Assembly (NCBI GenBank): GCA_963733035.1
Contig: CAVTBU010000004.1
Location: forward strand, 32,001 to 96,000
DNA from: Pirellulales bacterium
Lineage (GTDB): Bacteria > Planctomycetota > Planctomycetia > Pirellulales > PALSA-1355
DNA: 64,000 bases
Direction: 5' to 3'
Shown here: one piece after another, positions 39,108-49,114 of the stretch
How the letters are laid out: every line of letters starts with the position of its first letter
Numbering within the stretch: position 1 is the first letter of the stretch
Program-made: the position numbers and the translations under genes
The notes under the pieces: generated by a model
What the model was told of the DNA's origin: nothing
Database searches by the model: none
The model's input: the letters and a program-made list of their open reading frames with translations, nothing else

Positions 39108-39848
39108 CTACTTGTCGAGCGGCTTGAGTTTGATGTTCTTATACCAGCAATCGCCGCCGTGATCTTGGAGGCCGATGTAGCCGCGGCGGGGATGGTCTTT
39201 GTAGGCCACGTCAAACTTGTGCTGACTGCCGTCGGGACGCTTGTTCTTCTCGGTCCACTGGTCGAAGTCGATGCGGTTGACCTGCCGGCCGTTGAGTTCG
39301 ACGGTCATGAGGTTGTCGTCACAGGTCACCTGCAAGTGGTTCCACTGGCCGGCGGGCTTCATGGCATTCTCCTTCGGCGGCACCAAGTCGTAGATCGCGC
39401 CGGTGTCGTGCAGGCCGGCGGTCGTGGTGTCGTCGACGGCCACCTCGATGCCGTTGTAGCCGACGTCTTTGCCGGGCCGTGGCTCGAGCGGCCAGGTGCG
39501 AACGAACACGCCGCTGTTGCACTTGGGACTGATTTTGAATTCGAGCGAGAGCACAAAGTCACTCCAAGGTCGATCGTGGATCATCATGTAGCCGCCGCAG
39601 CCGTGCGGATTGATGGCATGATCCTCGACCGGCTTGCGGCTCGGCTTCTGGCTGCTAGTCATCCAGCCGTCAAGCGAGTGGCCGTCGAAGAGGAGAATCC
39701 AGCCGTTTTGTTTTTCTTCGGGCGTGAGCCGGTTTTCGGCGGCAAGGGCGACCGTAGCGGTGATGAAGCACCCCGAAGCAATGACTAGCCATTTCACGTT
39801 GGTGGCCCTTTCGGCATGGTGCGAGGTTGACGGCATTGTGGCCGGCAA
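39108..39848 (-). CDS. DUF1080 (3-keto-disaccharide hydrolase-like) secreted protein; start uncertain
   Basis: LLFDGHSLDGW, DFVLSLEFK, CNSGVF, TGAIYD, GQWN, GYIGLQDHG, YKNIKLK. Confidence 0.92.
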   Translation of the reverse strand: MPATMPSTSHHAERATNVKWLVIASGCFITATVALAAENRLTPEEKQNGWILLFDGHSLDGWMTSSQKPSRKPVEDHAINPHGCGGYMMIHDRPWSDFVLSLEFKISPKCNSGVFVRTWPLEPRPGKDVGYNGIEVAVDDTTTAGLHDTGAIYDLVPPKENAMKPAGQWNHLQVTCDDNLMTVELNGRQVNRIDFDQWTEKNKRPDGSQHKFDVAYKDHPRRGYIGLQDHGGDCWYKNIKLKPLDK

Positions 39849-40051
39849 ACGCCCAGCTTAGCGAACTCCGACGAATCCCGACAGCGCGGCCCCGGGGCGG
39901 GACCGTCGAACACTCGAAATGCACCGCCTGCGCGAGAAGACATTTGCATCGAAATACTGACCCCTCATGTCGTCGCTTGACGCTATTAGAGGGGCAGACT
40001 AGACTCGCCCTGTTCGGTCTATCTGTCCTTTTTCGTCTAGGGGCATAGGGC

Positions 40052-40693
40052 GTGTCAGCCAAACGATTGGCTCGCTCGTCGAGCACGCGGTTCGACCGCT
40101 CGCTGGTAGAGGCGCGCCACGGCTCGTTCTCGGCCTTGGGCCAATTGCTCGAGCAATATCGGGACTATTTGCTGCGTATTGCGCAGGCGGAGCTGCGCGC
40201 CGATCTGGCGGCCAAGGTGGCCCCCTCGGACCTTGTGCAGGAGACATTTTTGCGGGCGGCCAAAGCGTTCGACCGTTTTCACGGGACGACTGAAGAACAA
40301 CTGCGATTTTGGCTGCGTCAGATCTTGCTCTACAACGTGCTCGACGCCGTCAAATACTATCGAGGGACCCAGAAACGGGCAGCCGGCCGAGAGATCTCGC
40401 TGGAGGCGATTTCCCCGGCCCACTTCCCCAAGGAAATGGAGCGCAGCGGCGGCGCAAGTTCACTGTTGAGGCAAGCGGAAACGCAATGCCTGGTCAGAGA
40501 GATACTCAGCCGACTACCTACGGACTATCGTCGAGTGATCGAGTTACGAAGTATCGAAGAACGTCCCTTTGAAGAAGTGGGCCGCATACTTGATCGGTCC
40601 GCCGACGCGGCCAGGCAGTTGTGGGCTCGGGCGATTCAGCGTTTTGCCGGCGAATTGCAGGGAACGACCTGTGACGAAGCAAGACCCATTTGA
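40052..40693 (+). CDS. ECF RNA polymerase sigma factor (planctomycete type)
   Basis: LLEQYRDYL, SDLVQETF, WLRQIL, LPTDYRRVIELR, RSADAARQLWARA. Confidence 0.92.
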   Translation: MSAKRLARSSSTRFDRSLVEARHGSFSALGQLLEQYRDYLLRIAQAELRADLAAKVAPSDLVQETFLRAAKAFDRFHGTTEEQLRFWLRQILLYNVLDAVKYYRGTQKRAAGREISLEAISPAHFPKEMERSGGASSLLRQAETQCLVREILSRLPTDYRRVIELRSIEERPFEEVGRILDRSADAARQLWARAIQRFAGELQGTTCDEARPI

Positions 40694-43600
40694 CGATCGG
40701 CTGGTCGACTTACTGGTTGACTACGACGAGCATCCATCGAGCCCTACTCACGCGCCCAACTTCGATGAATCGACGGTCGCTGCCGAGCTAAGACCGCAAT
40801 TCATCCAAGCGAAGGCTGCCCTAGATTTGCTGCGAGAGCTAAGAACGAGCGGCGACAATGGTTTTGCAGATGATGAGGAGTTCGAGTCGCTGGTCTGCCG
40901 CGACATCCCACCCGTACGCAGAATTGGCCGGTTTGAAATCATCGCGGAGTTGGGTTGCGGCGGCTTCGGCATCGTTTACCGGGCCTGGGACCCCCGCACG
41001 TCTCGTGACGTCGCGCTCAAAATTCCGCGGCTCCAGGCTTTGGCCTCCGGCGATCTGAGGCAACGCTTCGAACAGGAAGCTCGCGCCGCAGCGCGACTGG
41101 ATCATCCTCACATCGCCACCGTGCTGGACGCCGGAATCGAGGCCGGCCTGCCGTACATGACGTCGGTCTATTATCCGGGCGTCACGCTGGCCACCTGGCT
41201 ACGGGAGCGCACGGTTGATGTCGATCAAGCCGAGGCAGCAAGACTGATCCAGCAGCTTGCTGAAGCAATGGCTCACGCGCACGAGCGCGGCGTGTTGCAT
41301 CGCGATATCAAGCCGAGCAACGTGCTGCTGGTTGCGCAGGAAAAGTGTTGCGGCGAAGCGATCGAACTACACCTGACCACTCCCAAATTACTGGATTTCG
41401 GCCTGGCCAAGCTCACCGCCGAAGCTCACGATCTGACGCAGACGGGCATGCTGCTGGGTACCATTCGCTACCTGCCGCCCGAGCAGGCGGCAGGGCGCGT
41501 GCGTGAGATTGGCCCCGCGGTAGACGTCTACGCGCTGGGTGCCATTCTATACGAGTTGCTGACCGGGCAGCCGCCGTTTGCGGCCGATTCCGATCTAGAA
41601 GTACTCCGCTGCATTGAGCAGCGCGATCCGAGCAAGATCCGCGAGCTGCGCCGCGGAGCATCCAAGGACTTGGAGACCATCTGTCACAAATGCCTGGAGA
41701 AAGATCCGAGCAGGCGTTATCCCACCGCCAAGACGCTTGCCGAGGACTTGGGGCGTTACCTACAAGGAGCCCCCATCCTGGCTCGGCCAGCGACAAGCCC
41801 GGAACGTGCATGGAAATGGATCAAGCGCAACCCAGCCCGGGCGAGCCTGTTGGCATTGGCGCTCGCGTCGACGACGGTCTTGATTCTGGGGTTGGCGATA
41901 TCGAACCACCGTATCCGGCTCGAGCGCGACCGTGCGACCGCCAGCGAAGCGGAGGCGACGAAGCAGACCTTGATTGCCCGCCGGTACGCCTATGGGACGG
42001 ATTTCCGACTGGCTCAAGAGGCCTGGGATCATTCAGCGCCCGAGGAAGCCATCCGGATCATGGACCGGTACGTGCCGAGTGCGGGCGAAACCGATTTGCG
42101 GGGCCCGGAGTGGCATCTGTTGTGGAACCAGATCCATCGTCAAAACCAAATCTTGACCCAATCCGACGCGATCGCCTGGTCGCTCGCAGCCAGTACTGAC
42201 GGCAAGCTATTTGCCATCGGCGATTCCGCAGGCAAGATTCAACTTCGATCGGTCAACCCGCCGCGACTGTTGCGCGAAATTTCCACCGGATGGACCGGCA
42301 ACATCGACCAGGTCCTATTTGCGCCCAGCGGCAGGGAATTGATTAGTGGAACCGAGGATGGTGCGATCCGAATCTGGTCCGTTTCCGATGGAAAGCTGCT
42401 CGACACTTTGCTGGAACACAAGAACTGGGTCGGCGCACTCGCAATATCGCCGGACGGTGAAATTCTATTTAGCGGCGACGGCGATGGTCGGGTGTTGATG
42501 TGGGACCTCAATCAAAGAAAGCTATTGTGCCAGCTGATGCAGCAGCAGGGAGAGGTTCGCTGCCTGGCAATCGATTTCGTACATCCCATGATAGCGAGCT
42601 TCACAGAAGAGGGTGCTGCGGGCGTTTGGGACTATCGACGGCGCATTCCCCAAGATGCGCTGCCCGACGGGAAGCTCGCAGTGCCGTCGAAGAGGCCCAT
42701 TCGGGCCGCAGCATTCAGTCACAACGGGCACGCTTTGTACGCGCTGCAAGACAAGAACATCTTGCAATGGGACGCCAACCGTCAATTCCAGCTTACGACG
42801 CTGCCGGAACCAGCAAGCGACCGCACGCTGGCGATTTCCGGTGATGACAAATGGTTGATTGTCGGGGGTTCGAATGCGACTCCCAACGTTTTTTTGTATC
42901 GCAGCTCGGACTTCGCTCAGCGAATGCTGCGTGGACATTCCCGACGGATTCGTTGTTTGGCACCGATTCCGCAGACCGACCGGTTTCTGTCCGCGTCGGA
43001 CGATGGCTCGGTAAGACTGTGGAAGACAAGTTCAACGGATGGCCTGAAAGTCGGAGACATCGACATTGATTTGAACGCCGATGTTAAGTCACTCGCCTTC
43101 TCGGCTGACGACCGGCAACTGGCCATTGCAACCGACAACGGAGAAGTGCGGGTTCACTCATCGCACGACGGCCAACTGCGCGCTTCCGGAGAATTTACAA
43201 AACCAATCCGCTACGTCGCATTTGCCCGCAATAGTCAACATGTCTTTGTTATGGACGGCTCGTTTGAACTGGTTAGTTGGGATCCCGTAAGGGGAAGCAA
43301 GAAGACCGTGCTTCGCCTGGTGGATGGATCGCGTTTTTGCCTTGCCGGAAACGACAGGCTTTTGTGCTATGAAATGGGCAGGGAATATCTGGCGGTCAGG
43401 TTAGACGACGGACGCGAGGTCTGGCGACTAGCGATGGCCGACGACGTGATGGACACTGATGCCGACGGCAATCGGGTATTTGCGAGCTGCGGCGACGGTA
43501 GACTGTATGCTTTCGATGCCAATACCGGGCACAAAATCGCCGAGGCGATGCATCGCGGAACCGTCATGGCACTCAGCATCGATCGTGCCGGCAAGCGAGT

Positions 43601-43892
43601 CGTAACAGCATCACACGACAAGACCGTGCGGATTTTCGATCGCGACACGCTGCGCGAGTTGGCCCGATTCTCCCATGAGACTTCGGCCGATGTGGCATTC
43701 CTTATCGGCGACGGATCCAGGCTGATGGTGCACGACGGAAAGAGAATGAACATCATTGACCCCGAAACTGCGCAGGTCGTCTTGGCGCTGGCTGATCCGG
43801 TGGATAACGCAATGGCGGTGGCCAGTTCCAATGGGAGACTCGTTGCCGTACAAACCGAGGCAGGCGTCTCGATTATCAAGTTCGTTCCCTAG
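40671..43892 (+). CDS. Ser/Thr protein kinase with TM helix and WD40 repeats
   Basis: LGCGGFGIVY, VALK, HRDIKPSN, DFGLAK, GTIRYLPPEQ, DVYALG; WD repeats (SGTEDGAIRIWS, SASDDGSVRLWK); overlaps the ECF gene. Confidence 0.93.
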   Translation: MTKQDPFDDRLVDLLVDYDEHPSSPTHAPNFDESTVAAELRPQFIQAKAALDLLRELRTSGDNGFADDEEFESLVCRDIPPVRRIGRFEIIAELGCGGFGIVYRAWDPRTSRDVALKIPRLQALASGDLRQRFEQEARAAARLDHPHIATVLDAGIEAGLPYMTSVYYPGVTLATWLRERTVDVDQAEAARLIQQLAEAMAHAHERGVLHRDIKPSNVLLVAQEKCCGEAIELHLTTPKLLDFGLAKLTAEAHDLTQTGMLLGTIRYLPPEQAAGRVREIGPAVDVYALGAILYELLTGQPPFAADSDLEVLRCIEQRDPSKIRELRRGASKDLETICHKCLEKDPSRRYPTAKTLAEDLGRYLQGAPILARPATSPERAWKWIKRNPARASLLALALASTTVLILGLAISNHRIRLERDRATASEAEATKQTLIARRYAYGTDFRLAQEAWDHSAPEEAIRIMDRYVPSAGETDLRGPEWHLLWNQIHRQNQILTQSDAIAWSLAASTDGKLFAIGDSAGKIQLRSVNPPRLLREISTGWTGNIDQVLFAPSGRELISGTEDGAIRIWSVSDGKLLDTLLEHKNWVGALAISPDGEILFSGDGDGRVLMWDLNQRKLLCQLMQQQGEVRCLAIDFVHPMIASFTEEGAAGVWDYRRRIPQDALPDGKLAVPSKRPIRAAAFSHNGHALYALQDKNILQWDANRQFQLTTLPEPASDRTLAISGDDKWLIVGGSNATPNVFLYRSSDFAQRMLRGHSRRIRCLAPIPQTDRFLSASDDGSVRLWKTSSTDGLKVGDIDIDLNADVKSLAFSADDRQLAIATDNGEVRVHSSHDGQLRASGEFTKPIRYVAFARNSQHVFVMDGSFELVSWDPVRGSKKTVLRLVDGSRFCLAGNDRLLCYEMGREYLAVRLDDGREVWRLAMADDVMDTDADGNRVFASCGDGRLYAFDANTGHKIAEAMHRGTVMALSIDRAGKRVVTASHDKTVRIFDRDTLRELARFSHETSADVAFLIGDGSRLMVHDGKRMNIIDPETAQVVLALADPVDNAMAVASSNGRLVAVQTEAGVSIIKFVP

Positions 43893-44173
43893 CCGGCCGT
43901 TTCGCGTGAATCAGGCAAGCGAGGCAAAGTATTGCCGACATTAGATTTGCGCATAAGTGATTTGCGTTCCTGGGCCGGCGGCCTAGAATGGGGCGATTGC
44001 AAGGGGGGCGTGTGAAGAACCTCGCGGCCCATCGCCAACGAGAGAGACCGAAAAATTCGGAATTGCTGCGAACTAAACGCTCAAACTTTCGTATAACACG
44101 GCGCAGTCGGGGAGACCGACTGGCTCGTTTTTAGTCGACTCACAATTTCTTAGGCTTCGGAGGAGTTTCCACG

Positions 44174-44740
44174 ATGAAAGCTTTCAGTTTGGCAGTGGCC
44201 ATTGCGTTGGTTGCGGTCGGTACGTTGCGTGCCGCCGAATTGACCAGCGGTTTGCAGCCGGGTGACCTTGTCGGTGCGTTCAATGTCGAGAAATGCGGCG
44301 GCGCGGTGAACGACGGCCGTGAAGTAGGCGCCAACTTCTGCTATCGGTGCATGCTCGGCAACAAGCCGGTCGTGATGGTCTTTGCCCGCAAGGCCGACGA
44401 TAAGCTATCGGCCCTGGCCAAGCAATTGGACAAGCACGTTGCCAAAAACTCCGATCAAAGGCTGTCGTCGTTCATCAATTTGCTCGGCAGCGACCCGGCC
44501 GAGTTGAAGGGCGAGGCCAAGGCATTTGCCGCCAAGAACCAGCTTGAGAACGTGGCCCTGGTTGTGCCTGACGACAACGAGAACGGTCCGGAAGAGTTCC
44601 AGATCAACCCCGAAGCCGAAGTGACCGTCACGATTTATCGCAACGGCAAGGTGGCCGCCACGCACGCGCTTGGCCCCGGCGAGCTCACGGACTCCGAGAT
44701 CCAGAGCATCATCAAGGACACCGGCAAGATTCTGAAGTAA
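44174..44740 (+). CDS. Secreted hypothetical protein, possibly thioredoxin-like fold
   Basis: Signal peptide, SGLQPGD, FCYRC, PVVMVFAR; GGAGG SD. Confidence 0.75.
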   Translation: MKAFSLAVAIALVAVGTLRAAELTSGLQPGDLVGAFNVEKCGGAVNDGREVGANFCYRCMLGNKPVVMVFARKADDKLSALAKQLDKHVAKNSDQRLSSFINLLGSDPAELKGEAKAFAAKNQLENVALVVPDDNENGPEEFQINPEAEVTVTIYRNGKVAATHALGPGELTDSEIQSIIKDTGKILK

Positions 44741-44771
44741 GCCGGTCGGATTGCCAGCGACTTAACCCCCT

Positions 44772-44811
44772 GGGGCGCGATTCGGTTCGCCGAGTCGCGC
44801 CCCGCTTTTTT
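44772..44811 (+). terminator. Intrinsic terminator
   Basis: GGGGCGCGATTCGG-TTCG-CCGAGTCGCGCCCC then GCTTTTTT. Confidence 0.8.
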
Positions 44812-44928
44812 CTGGGTGCCGTCCGCGTATTCCTAGCTACCGAGCGGCTCTTTTATTTGTCGTTTCGCCGGGCGGCAATTCTCGCTAACATTGTGCGATT
44901 GCCCCGCGATTCGTTCCTTTGTTGATCC

Positions 44929-46718
44929 ATGACCGTACTCGTTCAAATCAGGGACGCCCATAAAAGCTATGGCGACCAGGCGCTGTTGGACGGTGCCGAG
45001 GCGACGCTGACCGACGACCACAAAATCGGTTTCATCGGCCGCAATGGCGCCGGCAAGTCGACGCTCTGCCGCATCCTGCTCGGCGAAGAGGAACTCGACG
45101 TCGGTGAAGTGGTGTTTCATCCCACGCTGCGGCTCGGGTACTTGCGGCAGCACGACCCGTTTCTGCCCGGCGAAACGGTGCTCGAATTTCTCATGCGCGA
45201 CAGCGGCCAGCCGGATTGGAAGTGTGGCGAGGTGGCCGGCCGCTTCGAAATCAAGGGACCGTTTTTGGAAGGCCCGGTGCAAGAGCTCTCGGGCGGTTGG
45301 CAAACCCGCGTCAAGCTGGCCGCGCTGCTGCTGCACGAGCCGAATTTACTGGTGCTCGACGAGCCGACGAACTTCCTGGACCTGCGGACGCAAATTCTGC
45401 TCGAGCATTTCCTGCGCGACTTTCGCGAGGCTTGCCTGGTCGTTTCGCACGATCGGGCGTTCCTGAACGCCACTTGCAGCCAAACGCTGGAACTATCGCG
45501 CGGCAAACTCACGCTGTATCCCGGCAAGGTCGACGCCTTCCTCGAGAATCAACAACAGCGCCGTGAACACGACGAGCGCGTGAACGCCGCCGTGCTGGCG
45601 AAACGCAGGCACCTGGAAACCTTCATCGACAAGAACCGCGCGCGGGCAAGCACGGCCTCGCAAGCCCGCTCAAAGAGCAAGCAACTCGAACGGTTGCAAA
45701 CGATCGAAGTTGCCGGTGCCGAAGCCACGGTCAACATTCGCGCCCACAAGTCGAGCCGCGCAAAGGCCCTGCCGTGCGTTGCAAGGACCTGGCGATCGGC
45801 TACCCTGATCACGAAGTGGCCAGCGGCATCGACGTCGAAATCGACCACGGCAACCGCGCGGCGATCGTCGGCGACAACGGCCAGGGCAAAACGACATTTC
45901 TGCGGACGCTGGTCTCCTCGCTCAATCCCCTGGCCGGCGAGGTGCGATGGGGCTACGGCTGTGAGCTAGGCGTCTACGCCCAGCACGTGTACACCAGCCT
46001 GCCCGAAAGGCAGACAGTGCTCGAATACCTGGAGTACCACGCCGCCCCGGGCACCAAGTCGCAGGCGGTGCTCGATTTGGCCGGCAGCTTTTTGTTCCGC
46101 GGCGATCATGTGAACAAGCGAGTCAACGTGTTGAGCGGGGGCGAGCGAGCACGGCTCTGCCTGGCCGGCATCTTGCTGGGGCAATGCAACGTGCTGGTAC
46201 TCGACGAACCAGGCAACCACCTGGATGTCGAAACCGTCGAAGCCCTGGCGACGGCGTTAAACGACTATCAAGGCACCGTCATCTTCACGAGTCACGATCG
46301 ATATTTCATGCAGCGCGTGGCGACGTCGGTCATCGAGGTGCGCGGCGGCCGCGTGGTGAACTACCGGGGCGACTACGAGGCCTACGTCTACGCGGTCAAC
46401 AAGGAGATCGACGAAGGGGAACGCGAGCTGGCGGCCAAGCAATCGCCCGGCAAATTAAAGACGCCGCGCAAGCCAGAGAATCGCAAACAGCGAAACCAGG
46501 AGCAGCGCGAACTGCGCAAGCAGCTGACGAGCCTCGAGCGCACGATCGAGCGACTCGACGCGCGTACGCGAGAGGTGAAAGAAAAGCTACTTAATACGAC
46601 CGACGCCGACGAAGCGATGCGCTTGCACGAAGAACTGACCTCGATCGCCTCGGAGCTAACGCCGGCCGAAGAGCGGTGGTGCGAAGTGCAGGCCGAGCTC
46701 GAAACCGATGACGAGTAG
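44929..46718 (+). CDS. ABC-F family ATPase, single frameshift at ~45745
   Basis: GRNGAGKST/LSGGW/LDEPTN and GDNGQGKTT/LSGGE/LDEPGN; restoring one C in the GCCC run joins the two ORFs. Confidence 0.9.
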
Positions 46719-49088
46719 TCAGTCGGCTTGGCACCAACCGCGCCATAGGTCACGGTATGCCGCTTCCAGATTACGCGTGAAGCCCTCGAAATCCAACAGC
46801 GGCGAGGCGGCCATCCGCTGGCGGAGCGTCGAGCGATAGTCGGCCAGCCGGCCGCGGTCGTTGGCCAGGGCAACCGCCGTGGCAATGTACTGATCGCGGG
46901 AGTGGCTAATCAACTCCGTCAGGCCCAGCGTGGCCAGCCCGCTGCCGCCAAACCGCGAGACATAAGTCTGCCCGGAAAGCGTAACGACCGGCACGCCCTG
47001 CCACAGGCAGTCGCAGGTAGTTGTGTGCCCGTTGAACGGGAAAGGATCGAGGGCGATATCGACGCTGCTGATCAGATCGAGATACTTCTCGCGCGGCAGG
47101 CGGCGCACTAATTCGAGGCGTCGTGGCTCCACCCCCTGCCCCGAAAATGTCTCCCGTAGCGACTGTTCGACCGAAGCGGTCATCTCGGCCAGCAACACGA
47201 GCCTCGATTGCGGAACCGCGCGAAGAATCGCGGCCCAGGCCGCGAGCACTTCGCGGTTGATTTTCGCCAGACTATTGAATGAGCCGAACGTGATATTTCC
47301 TCGCAAGTTCGCTGGCAGCGTGCCAACCGGCGGCGCAAAGATCGAGGGTTGATAACAGAAGAACGTTTGAGGCAGACGCATCAGCCGTTCGGAATGGAGT
47401 AACTCGGTCTGGCCCGGCGGATCGGCGTATGCGTCGGTAAAGCGAACGTCCATCGCCTGCATACCCGTGGTGTTCTGGTAGCCGATGTACGTTGCTTGCA
47501 ACGGCGCCGGCTTACGCGCGAACATCGGGAGTCGATTTCCACCGATATGTCCCGTGAGATCGACCAGGATGTCGATGGCGTCGTGGCGAATCTGGCGGCT
47601 GATGTGCTCATGCCCCTGCCCGCGGATGGCGCGCCAATGATCGGCGTAGGTTCGTAGCCGCGCGGTGGTGTCGTCTTCGACCGCGACGTCGCTGTAGCAG
47701 AACACTTCGAAGTTTGCATGATCGTGCGAGGAGAGGATCGGCTCGGTGAAGAAGTTTACCGCATGGCCGTAGAAATGCGGCGAGACATAGCCGATCCGCA
47801 GCCGGCGGTCGGGCGAACGGTCGTTGGCGTGGGGCGGACTGGCAATCGAGAACGGGTCGGCGTGCCGCTGGCCCCAAAGTCGATGCTCGGCAAAGATCGT
47901 CTGGGCATCCAGCCCGGGATGGTAGTTGAGGCAGTACAGGTAGTTGCTGTGGTGCAACGCGGAATTCGGATTCAACTCGATCTCGCGGCGGTGGTGTTCC
48001 AGGGCTTCCTCGACACGACCCTGTAAATGCAGTGCAACCGCGAGATTGCCATGGGCCGACGGCAGTTTTGGGTCGAGTTCGATCGCGCGGCGGCCATATT
48101 CGATCGCCTCGTCGCGGCGCGCTTGCTCGTTGAGCATCTTGGACATGTTCAAATAGGTCTGCGCGTCGCTTGGATCGATTTCGAGTGCTCGCCGGCAAGC
48201 GGCCAGCGCTTCGTCGAGCTGTTGCCGGGCATAGTACACGCTCGCCAAACCATGATGCGCGGCGATCGAACGAGGGCTGATCCGCAGCACTTCGGTGAAG
48301 CACGCCTCGGCCTCATCCAGCTGACCCAACCGTTGCAATAGCGCTCCCAGGCTAATGCGGGCGGCGGTTGCGGCTGGACTCGCCGTGATCGCGTTGCGAT
48401 AACAAATCAGGGCCTCGTCGGTTAATCCCTGGAGTTCGTAGGTCGCGCCCAGGTTGCCGAGCGCCACCGCGTTGCCCGGCTGCAAGGCTAGTGCGCGCTG
48501 GAAGTTTTGAACAGCCTCGTCCAACCGCCCCTGTTGTTTGTGAATCGTGGCCTGATTAACGAGTGAGAGCGCGTGGTTGGGGTCGATGCCCAGCGCCGCC
48601 GTGTAGCAACGAGCGGCGGCGTCAACTTGTCCCAACATTTGCAGGGCGCTCCCCAGGTCGAAATGGGCGTCGGCCGACGGTTCGGCGACAACGACCCGCC
48701 GAAAACATTCGCTCGCTTCCGCGAACCGCCCTTGCGATTGCAGCAACGTTCCGAGGACGGACGCGACTTGCACCCAGCCGGGTTCCAACTCCAACGCCCG
48801 CCGCAGCGCGCATTCCGCTTCGGCAGGGCGTCCGAGATGGCGAAAGCAGTCTCCCAGGCTCGCGTGAAAAGCAGCCTGCCGTTCGTCGAGTTCGATGGCG
48901 GCCGAATACAGCCGCACCGCCTCGTCGAATTGTCCGGCCTCCATTGCCAGCACGCCAAGGTGGTACAACGCCGTCAAGTTGCGCGGGTCGAGATGCAGCG
49001 CCGCGCGGTATGCCGCCTCGGCGTCGGACATCCGCCCGGAGCGCAGGTGCCGGCTGGCGGATTCGAGAATCTCTGGCAGCGTCGGCAT
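46719..49088 (-). CDS. TPR-repeat O-GlcNAc transferase-like (GT41/SPINDLY family) protein A
   Basis: Many TPRs, then RLRIGYVSPHF, IDILVDLTGH, KPAPLQATYIGY, FGSFN, ALDPFPFNGHTTTCD. Confidence 0.92.
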   Translation of the reverse strand: MPTLPEILESASRHLRSGRMSDAEAAYRAALHLDPRNLTALYHLGVLAMEAGQFDEAVRLYSAAIELDERQAAFHASLGDCFRHLGRPAEAECALRRALELEPGWVQVASVLGTLLQSQGRFAEASECFRRVVVAEPSADAHFDLGSALQMLGQVDAAARCYTAALGIDPNHALSLVNQATIHKQQGRLDEAVQNFQRALALQPGNAVALGNLGATYELQGLTDEALICYRNAITASPAATAARISLGALLQRLGQLDEAEACFTEVLRISPRSIAAHHGLASVYYARQQLDEALAACRRALEIDPSDAQTYLNMSKMLNEQARRDEAIEYGRRAIELDPKLPSAHGNLAVALHLQGRVEEALEHHRREIELNPNSALHHSNYLYCLNYHPGLDAQTIFAEHRLWGQRHADPFSIASPPHANDRSPDRRLRIGYVSPHFYGHAVNFFTEPILSSHDHANFEVFCYSDVAVEDDTTARLRTYADHWRAIRGQGHEHISRQIRHDAIDILVDLTGHIGGNRLPMFARKPAPLQATYIGYQNTTGMQAMDVRFTDAYADPPGQTELLHSERLMRLPQTFFCYQPSIFAPPVGTLPANLRGNITFGSFNSLAKINREVLAAWAAILRAVPQSRLVLLAEMTASVEQSLRETFSGQGVEPRRLELVRRLPREKYLDLISSVDIALDPFPFNGHTTTCDCLWQGVPVVTLSGQTYVSRFGGSGLATLGLTELISHSRDQYIATAVALANDRGRLADYRSTLRQRMAASPLLDFEGFTRNLEAAYRDLWRGWCQAD

Positions 49089-49114
49089 CGTAAGGCTTTC
49101 GTCGAGACGGTGGA

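Noticed and set aside
40052..43892. ECF sigma + WD40 Ser/Thr kinase pair as a novel system
   Set aside because: This is a common, already described arrangement in planctomycetes.
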